From contig JAXLZO010000001.1 of NCBI GenBank assembly GCA_046350815.1, positions 90,001 through 122,000 on the forward strand: a stretch of DNA of 32,000 bases, given 5' to 3'. This document shows positions 11,301 to 22,953 of this stretch, piece by piece. The notes beneath the pieces were generated by a model. The model saw only the letters and a list, made by a program, of their open reading frames with translations. It made no database searches and was not told the DNA's origin. A program made the translations under genes and the position numbers. The first letter of the stretch is position 1. Each line of letters starts with the position of its first letter. The stretch is from Candidatus Saccharimonadota bacterium (lineage in GTDB: Bacteria; Patescibacteriota; Gracilibacteria; BD1-5; UBA2023).

Positions 11301-12337
11301 CTTCAAACAGCAGTTCGTCAATCTTCATTATCATATCCCCAGCAAGCTACTACTCCATCCGATTGAAGTGCACAGCTATGATAATACCCAACTGATATTT
11401 GCACCACATCAACGAGACCTGATGGCACATCTGTTTGACCATCATAATTATCTCACCAGCATACCACACTCTGATCTGCTTTCAGAACACAAGAATGACC
11501 TTGTCCAACTCATACCATCATTCCCGATGTATCAATCGTATTTCCCGATCAAGTTGACCCGGTGTTGTTATTGACAGGTGGAGTCAGTCATTGTTGCACT
11601 GGAGCATTGGTTCCTTTATCAAGTACGATGCCAAGTCGATCTCCCCAAACATACGGGTATCTCTTCGTGTAGTCCGCATCAGCCGCATTTGCTTCATCGG
11701 ATATATTCTTCCAGAGAAGAGGAGTTTGATTTTCATGTTCCGGATTCTCAAGATACGCCAAAAATTGACTCTTGTCACGATTCTGTCAGAGACGATAGGT
11801 AAAGAGGGTTTGATCCTGAGGATCTACCGTATCACTATAGTTGAGATTACCAGCAATAGAAGAGTCAGCATATCACTGCCAACCGAGATTTTGATTACTG
11901 AGAGTACCTGAAAAGGTTCATCCGGCAAGCAAAGAATCAACTCAACCATCTCGTGTGAGAGCTAAAAGTCTTGATCCAGTCAGAGTACTCAGCTGTGTGC
12001 TGCCATCTACAAACACAGCATATTGTGACGTGGCACCCGATATAGTCAGATCAATCGTACCACTTCCACCACCGATAGAGATAGGAATAGCCTGATAGGG
12101 CATAGGAAGAACATGAAGGGAAGCAGCTTGAAGTCGAGTCGCATCATGCAACTGTCGTATATTAGCAATACGCTGACTATCTCGAGCTGTGGCCGTGGTA
12201 TTTCCGAGGAGCAAAAATCACACAACTGTAAGAATTGCAAGTATTGCAATAATCACAAGAAGTTCGACGAGAGTAAAACCCGCAACTGTATGGTGCGAGT
12301 GATTTCTCTCCCGAAAATATAGAAACCGTAGTGTCAT
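5375..12337 (-). CDS. giant (2,320 aa) modular type IV pilin-like protein: prepilin N-terminus fused to about 38 RCC1-like beta-propeller blades
   Basis: ATG at 12337 gives [20 protein letters not shown]|[32 protein letters not shown] (G-1, F+1, E+5). I checked every codon of this frame by hand from 12337 to 5375. There is no TAA or TAG, about 90 TGA, and TAA at 5375-5377. Standard-code fragments 11942..12214, 10565..10831, 9668..9880, 9047..9247, 6110..6508 and 5453..5713 all share the frame. The repeated unit is ..H(T)[25 protein letters not shown]. Confidence 0.85.
5450..11480 (-). repeat. array of about 38 RCC1/ATS1-like blade repeats (protein-level and partly DNA-level)
   Basis: Recurrent plus-strand string tca/acc cca aca .. 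(reverse complement TGT TGG TGA/GGT = C-W-G). The period is about 117-160 bp. Includes a 50-bp exact duplicate at 10985-11034 and 11102-11151. Confidence 0.85.
12203..12337 (-). other. class III (prepilin-type) signal peptide and N-terminal hydrophobic helix of the giant ORF
   Basis: A 20-aa basic leader ends in Gly, followed by [25 protein letters not shown]. This is the prepilin peptidase cleavage/methylation motif G|FTL(I/V)E. Confidence 0.8.
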
Positions 12338-12401
12338 ACGAAGAAAAATAGATATTCACTACAGTATCATATAGATTGAGGAAATTTGCAAAAATTTGAG
12401 C

Positions 12402-12429
12402 AAAAAATACCTTGCATAAGGTATTTTTT
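12402..12429. terminator. intrinsic terminator downstream of the GT4 transferase gene
   Basis: aaaaaatacctt (12402-12413), loop gcat, aaggtatttttt (12418-12429). Confidence 0.75.
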
Positions 12430-12446
12430 GATATGTAACACAGAAT

Positions 12447-13616
12447 CTACTCTTCTCTTGATTTAGTTGATTCGATAATCTGTGCGATCGAGAAGATTAA
12501 AAGTGTTATGAAAAGGAGAAAAAAGATTTTTCCAATTTTATCAAGAAATATAGCAGCAATAGCAAAAAAAGTTGTGAGAGTGAGGACGATTTGACGAATA
12601 GCTGATCTTCTCATGCCAAGAGCAATGAGTCGAAAATGGAGATGATGAATTCGATCTCATTTGAGTGGATTTTTTCCATTCATCAATCGCGCGACAATAA
12701 CATAGAAAAAATCTATAAAATATACACCGAGCACTGTAGCAACAGTAGCTATCTTCCCACCAGATATGATTGCAAGAGTTGCGATCATGAATCCGAGAAA
12801 CATAGTTCCTGAATCAGCACCCCAAATTCTTGGTTTGAGCGAGAGAAAGAAATAAATCAGAACACCCGGTATCAAAAGCGCTAAGAGCACGAGCACAAAT
12901 TGAGAATTTGCCTGAGAAGTAATAGTCTGATCAATGAGAAATAATTTTATCGAGAGAGCAAGGAGCGCCAAAAAGGTGATGAGTGATATACCTGTTGATA
13001 CGCCAGGAACCTCATCTGACCAGTTGATAACATTAAGCAAAAGAACATACCAAATCACGCTCACCAAGAGTGCAACAGGATATATGATTATACCACCGAG
13101 AGAAAACTCACCAACTGTCAGTGGTATAATCCCATCAAGAAGTCACGAAATATATGCAATCTTGATACTCGTCAGGCCAATAATAACCCCAATCGATATC
13201 TGAAAAAAAAGTCGAAGCCATGGTGGTATTCTCACAGCAAATGGGTGCTCGATCGTTACCAAATCATCCAAAAACGTATAGAGAACGAGAAATCCACCAA
13301 GAGCAAGAATAATTGCAAGCTTCGGGGTTATATTTACAAACAAAAGACAGTTGATCAGAAAACCAAGATAGAGACCACAACCAACAGCAAAAGGCACAGG
13401 TGCACGTTTCAGCCCATATTTATCGGGACGGTCGAGAAGTCCAACTCTACGAAATCCAAAAAAGAGAAGTCCAAAGATGATCGCAAAGATACAAGTAGCA
13501 CACAGAGAGAGGAGGAGAAGCTCTGAAAGAAAATTAAGATTTCCAAAAGAAGTCTCCAATGATTTTCCAAAATCAAGACGATTATGACTCAAAAGTGGCG
13601 CAAAGAAATCCAACAT
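12447..13616 (-). CDS. glycosyltransferase family 4, polyprenyl-phosphate sugar-1-phosphate transferase (WecA/MraY superfamily)
   Basis: Fragments 13143..13616 and 12657..13067 share a frame and join through TGA. The protein is multi-TM with YTFLDDL (DD Mg site), NVINWSDEVPGVSTG (a divergent NxxNxxDGxDGL block) and GADSG...GDRIHHLHFRL (WecA-like D..H.HH.L). TAG stop at 12447-12449. Confidence 0.8.
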
Positions 13617-13627
13617 AGAGCAATATG

Positions 13628-14380
13628 TTATTTAATTTTTGCGCGCTCCATTTCTTCGATCTCCAATTCCTTTTCTCGCCAATATCGTTTGACACTCTCA
13701 CGCTTGAATATGAGAAGATATGCAATCACACAAATAGCAAACATACCAAGAATTTTTCCGATATTATCGATGATTTTTTCATAATGTTCAGCGAAAAGTC
13801 GACCAATAATGCTCATAACACCCACCCATAATACAATTCCAAATGAATTAGGAATAAAAAATTTCATGAACGACATACCAGATGATCCAGCCAAGAGAGC
13901 ACCAATAGATGCAGTGAGATTATGAAATTTTCAGAGGATCAGAAACCATGATCCGTGCTTCTCAAATCCACGCTCGATATACGATCGCTCTGTTTTTCCT
14001 ATACCAAATCCAGGGCCGAAATGAGTAAGAAAATAATCACCATAACGTCGCCCGAGAAAATACGACACGATATTGCCTACAAACATAGCAGCAATGCCGG
14101 TCAGAATCATAGCAGGTAACACTTCACCATGACTGAATCCAAGGGTGAGAACAAAAAGTTGTTGTCCGGGAATAAAGAGTCCGAGAAATGGAAGTGCTTC
14201 TATAAGCACAATAATAGCAAGAATTCCAGCTCAGTAGAGACCAAAAGATTTGATCAATCAGGAAAATTGCATGACAAAATCTTTGATCATTTCACGCTCA
14301 AAGAGTGCTAAAAGTAAGAGTCCAAGAAAGAAAAATGTTGTGAGATACTGCACTACTTTAATAATCCAATTGAGTTTCAT
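13628..14380 (-). CDS. DedA/VTT-domain family membrane protein
   Basis: ATG at 14380. ...EALPFLGLFIPGQ...GNIVSYFLGRRYG...HG.WFLIL[TGA]KFHNLTASIGALLAGSSGMSFMKFFIPNSFGIVLW is the DedA pattern. Four in-frame TGA and TAA at 13628-13630. Confidence 0.85.
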
Positions 14381-14439
14381 GAAAACATATTATGTGTGGA
14401 TTGTATCTCATAGCGAGTGTGAGGCAAATGTTTTTCTCA

Positions 14440-14469
14440 AAAAATATATCCCTTTAGGGATATATTTTT
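14440..14469. terminator. intrinsic terminator overlapping the stop of the 14468..15322 gene
   Basis: aaaaatatatccc (14440-14452), loop ttta, gggatatattttt (14457-14469). Confidence 0.75.
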
Positions 14470-15322
14470 ATGCAGTGAGTGTTTGTGGTTTTTGAGAAGA
14501 AGATTCATTATCATCTCGATCGATTCAAAGTGCACTTTTCGCCTGGATCGAGACACGTTGTTCATCGAGAGGTACCGGATAAAAACGCATACTTGCAAAC
14601 CTCGGGTGCTTTGAGGCCTCGAAGGTCATTCCACGAGGCTTACCTGGTTCAACCTGAAAATATGGATCATAGATCATCATCACGCCCGTCTTATCAATGT
14701 ATGCGAGACATGCATGGCCGAGAGGCTTTGTGCTACCAGCATCTTTTGGGCGATCAGTAAAAGCATGAAAAATAACTCATTTATGCTCTCCTTGATAAGT
14801 GATAGCTTGCTTCATATTCATTTTTGCTGAAGATGAATATTTAGTTTTTTCAACCATATAAGCACTCTCAGCACGTGGCAATTGTACGCCGAACATTTCC
14901 TCAGCGAAAGTACGTGCAGATTTTGCACAGTAGGTCATCTTATTTTGAATAATAGGACCAGCACCAACGAGAGCAATTCATTTTGTACCGGATCTTACTT
15001 TAGCAAGATATTCTTCGAGACCTTTGATATCATTTTTCTCCCGAAATTTTGCGATCTCATCATCATATCCACCTGCAAGAGAAAAATCCTCATCTTCATC
15101 AATATTACCATCTGGACTCACCGTTTCTTCAGGAAGAGTTTTTCATGTAATTTGTGCAAAAAGAGATTTCATTTTATCATACTGTGAAAAGAGACTCTTC
15201 GCAAGATCCATAGCAGTGATATCCTGAGCACCATCTTTGAGCTTGATGTTCTCAAGTACCTTAACTGCAAGGGGATTCTCTGATGTAAATTTCCCAACGG
15301 TTGTTGAATTTGTTTCGTTCAT
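14468..15322 (-). CDS. hypothetical protein, possible papain-like (CHAP/NlpC-type) Cys/His hydrolase
   Basis: ATG at 15322, four in-frame TGA, TAA at 14468-14470, no N-terminal signal peptide. Candidate catalytic pattern: ..MTYCAKSARTFAEEMFG.. then about 70 aa later ..PLGHACLAYIDKTGVMMIYDP... The start is 6 nt downstream of the SLT gene stop. The functional call is weak. Confidence 0.55.
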
Positions 15323-15327
15323 ATGCT

Positions 15328-16707
15328 TTAACTAACAGGTAAATCGACACCAAAATACTTTCTCGTAGCTATGAGATAACCATCCCAAGTCTGCGACGGC
15401 ATAAGGCGTGCGACGGCAGGATTAGCACGCATATAAGAAGTGAGATGTTTTTCAGATGCCCAAGCACCAACATGATAATAAACAACTACATCTCACCAAT
15501 TCCTACAATCTCGAAGATCACAAAGATAACGTAGAAGCCAAGTCATTGCCAGAATCTGATGTTCCGGATTGGACCTCTGCCAATTATGATTGCCTGATGT
15601 TGTCAGAATATGTGTCCATGTTTGGTCGGTGATCTGACCAAGTCAATATGCAGATCATTTTGGTGGATGGGCTACTGGATTTCATCCACTCTCATTCGAG
15701 ATAATCTGTGCTATGACACTGGCTGGAACATGATATTGAGCTGAAGCATGGTTTATATATTCTCCAAAACGCGACATAATACCTTCTGCTCATTTCACCT
15801 GTTTTTGGTACTTCTTCTCCATATCTCGTGCCATCTTTTCATCTGTTTCATAATCACGAGACGCAGATTGATATCGCGCGTCATCACCTCGCTTATGAGC
15901 AAGAAGAGCAATATCTTTGCTATTGGATCGCATAAGCACCTCATACTCCAACTCTCGTACTTTATCCTCTCGTTTTTGTCATTGCAGAACAAGGGATTGT
16001 GCCAAATTTTTATTCGGTTCTCATATTTTCAAGATCTTTACTACGCTTCCGTTATAAATTGGTAAATATATCTGTGTGTGGTTTTTATCTCATTTATCAA
16101 AGTAATAGCCTGGGCGCGGGGTAGATCGTAGATTTCCTATTTTTCCATCCACTTCTACTTGACTCACACGTGTTGGAAGTAGATCACCAAGACCAAGAAG
16201 TTCATTTGCATGTTCGTTTACATTTTCATGAGAACCAAAATTTACAATCATCTTCTGACCAATTGCTTCTGCACTAAAACCACGATCTTCAACTGCTTGG
16301 CCACTCTGAGAGAGGAGAAAATATCGAGCATCCTCAGGGAAGTTACGAAGGTGAGAGAGAAGATCACTCGTGCGAACCTCAGAAAAGTTCTTCGGAGCAC
16401 CCAAGAGAAAACTATTCTTCTCTTGAATATGTTTGAAAGCTTCTTGGAGATACTGCTCTTTTGTTGATTCTGAAATTGATTCCTGTGCAGATTGAGCGAG
16501 TTGATGAGCCTTTTTTTGCGTTGTTGAAGCAATTATTTTTTTCTCGCTTCCATTTTGTAGTGCTGCAATTTGCGTATCAGTTTTCGTCTTTTCATTAGAA
16601 TCTGCTGTATTACGAGAGAAGGTATCTATTTTCATAATCCAAGAAGACGTGCGTTCTACAGCCTTATGATAGATTTGAGACAGATCCGATAGTTTTTCTG
16701 CGGGCAT
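15328..16707 (-). CDS. lytic transglycosylase (SLT/GH23 domain) with a roughly 300-aa N-terminal domain of unknown function
   Basis: Fragment 16090..16707 continues through TGA 16090-16092 in the same frame to TAA at 15328-15330. The C-terminal domain reads HVPASVIAQIISNESGGNPVAHPPKGSAYGLGQITDQTW ... VVVYYHVGAW (ES / GLxQ / AYNAG-like SLT motifs). I see no signal peptide. Confidence 0.8.
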
Positions 16708-16763
16708 AATAAAAAAATTTAGTTCCTACTCATCTTCTCACACTTTCTCAAATTCGTCAAAAA

Positions 16764-16788
16764 AATCTCCAATTATTCATTGGAGATT
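16764..16788. terminator. intrinsic terminator overlapping the pgi stop
   Basis: aatctccaa (16764-16772), loop ttattca, ttggagatt (16780-16788). A T-run follows on the minus strand (16757-16763). Confidence 0.7.
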
Positions 16789-17969
16789 GTATTTTTTCAT
16801 TCAAGATACTCTCGAGCGCGGGACTTGTAGAGCTCAACCAACGGCTGATCAAAGGCATCCACCTCACAAATCGCCGAAAGGAGCATAATTACCAACATCT
16901 TCTGTTGCATCCATTCTGCAATATCATATTCAGAACGACGAATGAATGTTTTGCGACAAGGAATCCCTTGATCAATTGCGGCGTGAAGTGCACCGTGATA
17001 GAGCGCATCTCGCGCCTCACGAAACACGTCATTATCCTCTTGGGGAATACAACGAATCCACTCAATCAGCCATGGATGACCTTGAGCATAGACAGACTGG
17101 GCGATCGAATGAAGATCCATTGTGCCAGTTGCTGATACAGGAAAAAGATAAGTAGGATTTGATTCTTTTCCAAAGCTCTCAGCAAAAAGCTGAACAAACC
17201 ATCGACCAATATGCACAGAACTCGTATCGAAAAAGAAATTCAGATACCAATTTCTTCCACGAGAGAGTCAATCCATAATCCACAAAGTCTCACGTGAAAC
17301 AGCATGAGTATAAGGATCCCTTACAAACTCATCTACGACAGATTGAGCGCCTTGTAAAAGTAACTCAATATTATAACCTCAGAGATAGAGTGGAACGAGA
17401 CCAACATGGGAAAAGACAGAAAAGCGCCCTCATACCATTTTTTCAAGATGAAAGACAATATCGTTCTGTACAAGTGCCGAACTCTCAAGTTGACTTCCCT
17501 GACCTGTAATGACAATACGGAGTGGACGCGATCAAAAATTCTTTTCGAGCGTATCGTAAATATATTCTGAGAGAAGTTTGGTCTCAAGAGTACCACCAGA
17601 CTTGGATATCTCGCAGAGAGCGAGCTCTTCAATATTTGTAACTGATGAAATAATCGAGTGAAGACGCCCATAAGTAGCGTCACCATCAATCGTCTCAAAA
17701 AAATGCAATTCAGCGTATCACCTACGTTTCCGCCCCAAGAATTTCATAATCGCTTTCGCTCCAAGGGAAGATCAACCAATACCAATGATAATGAGATGTT
17801 TAATATTCTGATGAATCGATACAAGTTTTGTTTCAATTTCTCGAATTTTTTTAGATCCAATGAGTGGTAATACGATAGATGCTTCTTTTGAGTCAAGATT
17901 CTTATTCTGAAGAACATTTACAAGTATTTCAATACTCGATTCAAAGTTCTTATCTACAAAATTTTTCAT
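16773..17969 (-). CDS. pgi: glucose-6-phosphate isomerase
   Basis: ...HLIIIGIG[TGA 17772-17774]SSLGAKAI..., GRWFVQLFAESFGK, and GTMDLHSIAQSVYAQG (equivalent to GTTDQHSQ.Q). Fragments 17772..17981 and 16797..17216 share the frame. In code 25 the frame ends at TAA 16773-16775. ATG at 17969, with an alternative TTG at 17981. Confidence 0.9.
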
Positions 17970-17981
17970 AGGAAAGAACAA

Positions 17982-18839
17982 CTAATGAGCAAGGGGTTGT
18001 ATACATGCGAGAATTTTTGGACGCATATCATCCCTCTTGAGAGCATAATGAATCGATGCAGCAATATATTCAGATTTATCACCCACATCAAAACGTTTGC
18101 CTTCTATTCTGCATGCAGCAATGGAGACATTATTCATGAGAGCAACGTTGAGTGCTTCAGCAATAGTAATTCGACCATCTCGTCCACTCGCCATACTCTC
18201 AAGAATATCAAAAACTTGCTTAGTAACAATGAATTTTCCTATCATCGCCTGAGTACTTTCAGTCTCATGATTCTGAGGTTTCTCAAAAATTTTGACAATA
18301 TTGTCCGTGTTCATTTCGACCACTCCATAACTCCCCTGACGATCGAGAGTAATATCCCCAATACCAGCCGTAATATTTCATCCAGAAGCTTCAAAACCTT
18401 TCAAAAGCTGAAGGACTGAAGTATTATTATTATCAATAAGTTCATCACCAAAGAGCACAACACACGGCTCATCCCCTATCCACGATTTTGTCTTCAAGAG
18501 AGCATCTCCATCACCACGAGGCTCGCGCTGTCGAACATAGGCAATATTTGCAAGTCGAGACACTTCATCTACTTGAGAGAGGAGATGATATTTTCCCTTC
18601 TCCACAAGATTCTTCTGAAGATCGAATGACGCATCAAAATGCTCTTCAATAGCCCGTCCACCTCGACCAGTCACAATCATAATATCCTCAATTCCCGCAG
18701 CAACACAGTCCTCAACAAGATATTGAATAATAGGTTTGTCAATAAGTGTGAGCATTTCTTTTGGGAGCGCCTTCGTCGCAGGGAGAAAACCAGTACCATA
18801 TCATGCCGCGAGAATTACCGCCTTCTTAATTGGTTTCAT
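17982..18839 (-). CDS. galU: UTP--glucose-1-phosphate uridylyltransferase
   Basis: MKPIKKAVILAA[TGA 18801-18803]YGTGFLPATKALPKEMLTLIDKPIIQYLVED..AGIEDIMIVTGRGGRAIEEHFD... Fragments 18378..18755 and 17982..18323 share the frame. TAG stop at 17982-17984. Confidence 0.9.
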
Positions 18840-19683
18840 AATGAGAAAGAAATGGATTTAAAAATGAATATGTTTGATGAAACGATCGAACCTCAACACT
18901 CATCACATTTGGAAGAACACGAGGAATACTTTCATCACCTCATAGAGTGATTTCATCACCAAAGAACACTACTTTCTTTCCCTGATATTGTGCGAGCATG
19001 AGAATTTTTTCAAGATTATGACCTTTGAGAGCACCAATTGATTTGATATCAATGCTTGTTGCTCCCGAAATCATCCATTCGTACTCACGAGCAACCTCAT
19101 CATTTTGTGCCCGCAAGAGACGAACGATCTCAGAGCGTACTATTTTATCAGGATCAGCTGCTGCTCTTTCTTCACGAGAGATTTTACTCTGCTCTCATGT
19201 ATGGATATCCGTACGAAATCGAGGAACAACAACAACCGTCAAATTACTGATACGATCCTCAATACTTGCTCATGTATGAAGGTGAGGTATGATTCACGAA
19301 TGTTTTATTGCCTCGAAATCAGAGCAAATCTTCGCACGAAAGTCTCTTGGCATTTCATAAATTGACTCGTATTCACAAAATTCTTCCCCACTATATTTTG
19401 CTGTCTGTCAACCATTCGCACCAGCAATCAGCCAATTTTCCCAATTGGTTTCCTTTGGAAGATATTTAAGAATGTGGGATTCTACCGTTTGAAAATCTCG
19501 AGCTGTGAGAATAATAATTTTCTTTTCATGACTGAGTTTCGAGAGAATATTCGCATGCTCTCCAAAAATATCCTGATTTGGTTCAGTAAGAGTACCATCA
19601 ATATCAAACACAAATACATCAGATCATGCAATATTATGAAAAATATCATCCGATTCTTGAGAGGCGTCATAAATATGACCCAT
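18826..19683 (-). CDS. HAD-IIB family protein (phosphomannomutase-like sugar-phosphate mutase/phosphatase)
   Basis: ATG at 19683. Motif I is FVFDIDGTLT, motif II is IIILTARD, then SIDIKSIGALKGHNLEKIL and FFGDEITLGGDESI (compare eukaryotic-type PMM FFGD....GGND.E). Six in-frame TGA. TAA at 18826-18828 overlaps the galU start by 14 nt. Confidence 0.7.
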
Positions 19684-19697
19684 GAAATGAACAAAAA

Positions 19698-21618
<1,921 letters not shown>

Positions 21619-21620
<2 letters not shown>

Positions 21621-22379
21621 GGAGAGAGATGGAAAATGAGGAGCGGATTATACTTCAGAGAACAAAAATTGCAATAAATGGGAGAGAGGGAATTTGTATT
21701 TTCTTTTAAAATATGCTATATTCTTCACAGAACAATCTAGATGTTATGAATTCAGTCAACTACGGGCAAAATTTTGTAGAGTATCTCACATACTTGAAAA
21801 ACCATATCTCCAAGAAAATATTCATCTTCACCGAGTAACGTACACCACCTACATTGTATTTATCATCATTCTAGTATTTATCATCATTCTAGTATTTATC
21901 ATGATGATAGTATTACAGGGATTCTTTTTTATTATTCTTGTGGGTCTTTTTTATTGAATACAAAAGTCAAAACAAATAGAAAAGCGTGGTATAATCAGTG
22001 ATTTTTTCGCAGCATTGCATGCATATATTCATATAAAACCAGAACGATTCCAAGAAGCATATATCTGACTTCAATGATATCACCAGGTACTCTATCCACT
22101 CATATTCATACAACAATTTCTCAATCCGCAACTTTTGATAAAACCATCTGCATACATAGACTGCACATTATCAAAGAATCATAACAGTATAATTCAACCA
22201 CAAGCAATACCACAAAAAACACAAGATTATTGAGGGCTCTACTGAAATTTTTGAACGCAAAAAAATATGTCCGAAAAGAACTTCACAACATATGAAGAAA
22301 ACAAACATCTCTCTATTCAAGAACAGGTGGAAAAATTTTTTCAAGAACAGAAAACGGGAGCAAAGAGTAAAAAACAATA
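21619..22379 (+). CDS. hypothetical membrane protein (code-25 ORF only; start uncertain)
   Basis: Reading frame 1 has no TAA or TAG for about 253 codons of very AT-rich sequence, with six in-frame TGA, and ends at TAA 22377-22379. The hydrophobic core is IVFIIILVFIIILVFIMMIVLQGFFFIILVGLF. The ATG at 21619 abuts the gyrB start on the other strand, and a TTG at 21694 is an alternative. No family motif recognised. Confidence 0.4.
21856..21909. repeat. 3 x 18-bp tandem repeat
   Basis: gtatttatcatcattcta x2 (21856-21873, 21874-21891), then gtatttatcatgatgata (21892-21909). If the surrounding ORF is real it encodes VFIIIL/VFIMMI. Confidence 0.9.
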
Positions 22380-22516
22380 ATTCGCTTGCGCTTTGCATAT
22401 TTCGTGTATAATCTGAAGTGAGGAAGGGCTATCTTCCGTGTTTACTGGGCTCATGATAGCTTTGGTCCGAGTTTAATTACTTGGAATGAGTGGGTCTCTG
22501 TTTTGTTTTTTGTTTT

Positions 22517-22792
22517 ATGGTACAAGGTACTAAGCTCTACGTTGGAAACCTCTCTTGGAAGACCAGCGATGATTCACTTCGAGCATTTTTTGCTTCAACT
22601 GGTGATGTTACTTCAGCAAGTGTTGCACTTGAGCGTGATACTGGACGTTCTCGTGGATTTGGTTTTGTCGAAATGGCAACTCCTGAGGCTGCACAAGCTG
22701 CAATCGACGCACTCAACGAGCAAGAGCTCGACGGTCGAAAAGTATTCGTTTCCGAGGCTCGTCCTCGCGAAGATCGCCCTGCACGATACTAA
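22517..22792 (+). CDS. RRM-type (RNP-1/RNP-2) RNA-binding protein
   Basis: MVQGTKLYVGNLSW (RNP-2) ... RGFGFVEM (RNP-1) ... RP.EDRPARY tail. TAA at 22790-22792 and no in-frame TGA. Visibly GC-richer than its neighbours. Confidence 0.9.
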   Translation: MVQGTKLYVGNLSWKTSDDSLRAFFASTGDVTSASVALERDTGRSRGFGFVEMATPEAAQAAIDALNEQELDGRKVFVSEARPREDRPARY

Positions 22793-22797
22793 TCGTT

Positions 22798-22839
22798 AGA
22801 GATAATAAAAACCGCCAATCGGCGGTTTTTATTATCTCT
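22798..22839. terminator. strong intrinsic terminator (19-bp perfect stem)
   Basis: agagataataaaaaccgcc (22798-22816), loop aatc, ggcggtttttattatctct (22821-22839). Confidence 0.85.
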
Positions 22840-22953
22840 TTTTCATTCTTTATTAAGTGATGAGTTGATTTGTAGAATATTTGTCAAGCTGCTTTATTGC
22901 AGAAGGGGGGGTAATGTGCTATCATTTCTGTGTTATTTTATTTTATATTTTAT

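Noticed and set aside
5555-11911. Numerous plus-strand ORFs (for example 8459..8800, 9659..10096, 11591..11911) opposite the giant gene
   Set aside because: These are antisense shadow ORFs of a repetitive gene. They have low-complexity, Cys/Ile/Ser-rich translations, no motifs, and frames that change between fragments. The minus-strand frame is continuous for 2,320 codons.
21856-22110. oriC hypothesis for the gyrB upstream region (AT-rich, TTATC-core repeats, one TATCCAC element)
   Set aside because: The matches are only 7 of 9 to a DnaA box, no dnaA or dnaN lies adjacent, and the region is spanned by a long open code-25 frame. I kept it as a minor alternative under the corresponding finding rather than as a feature.
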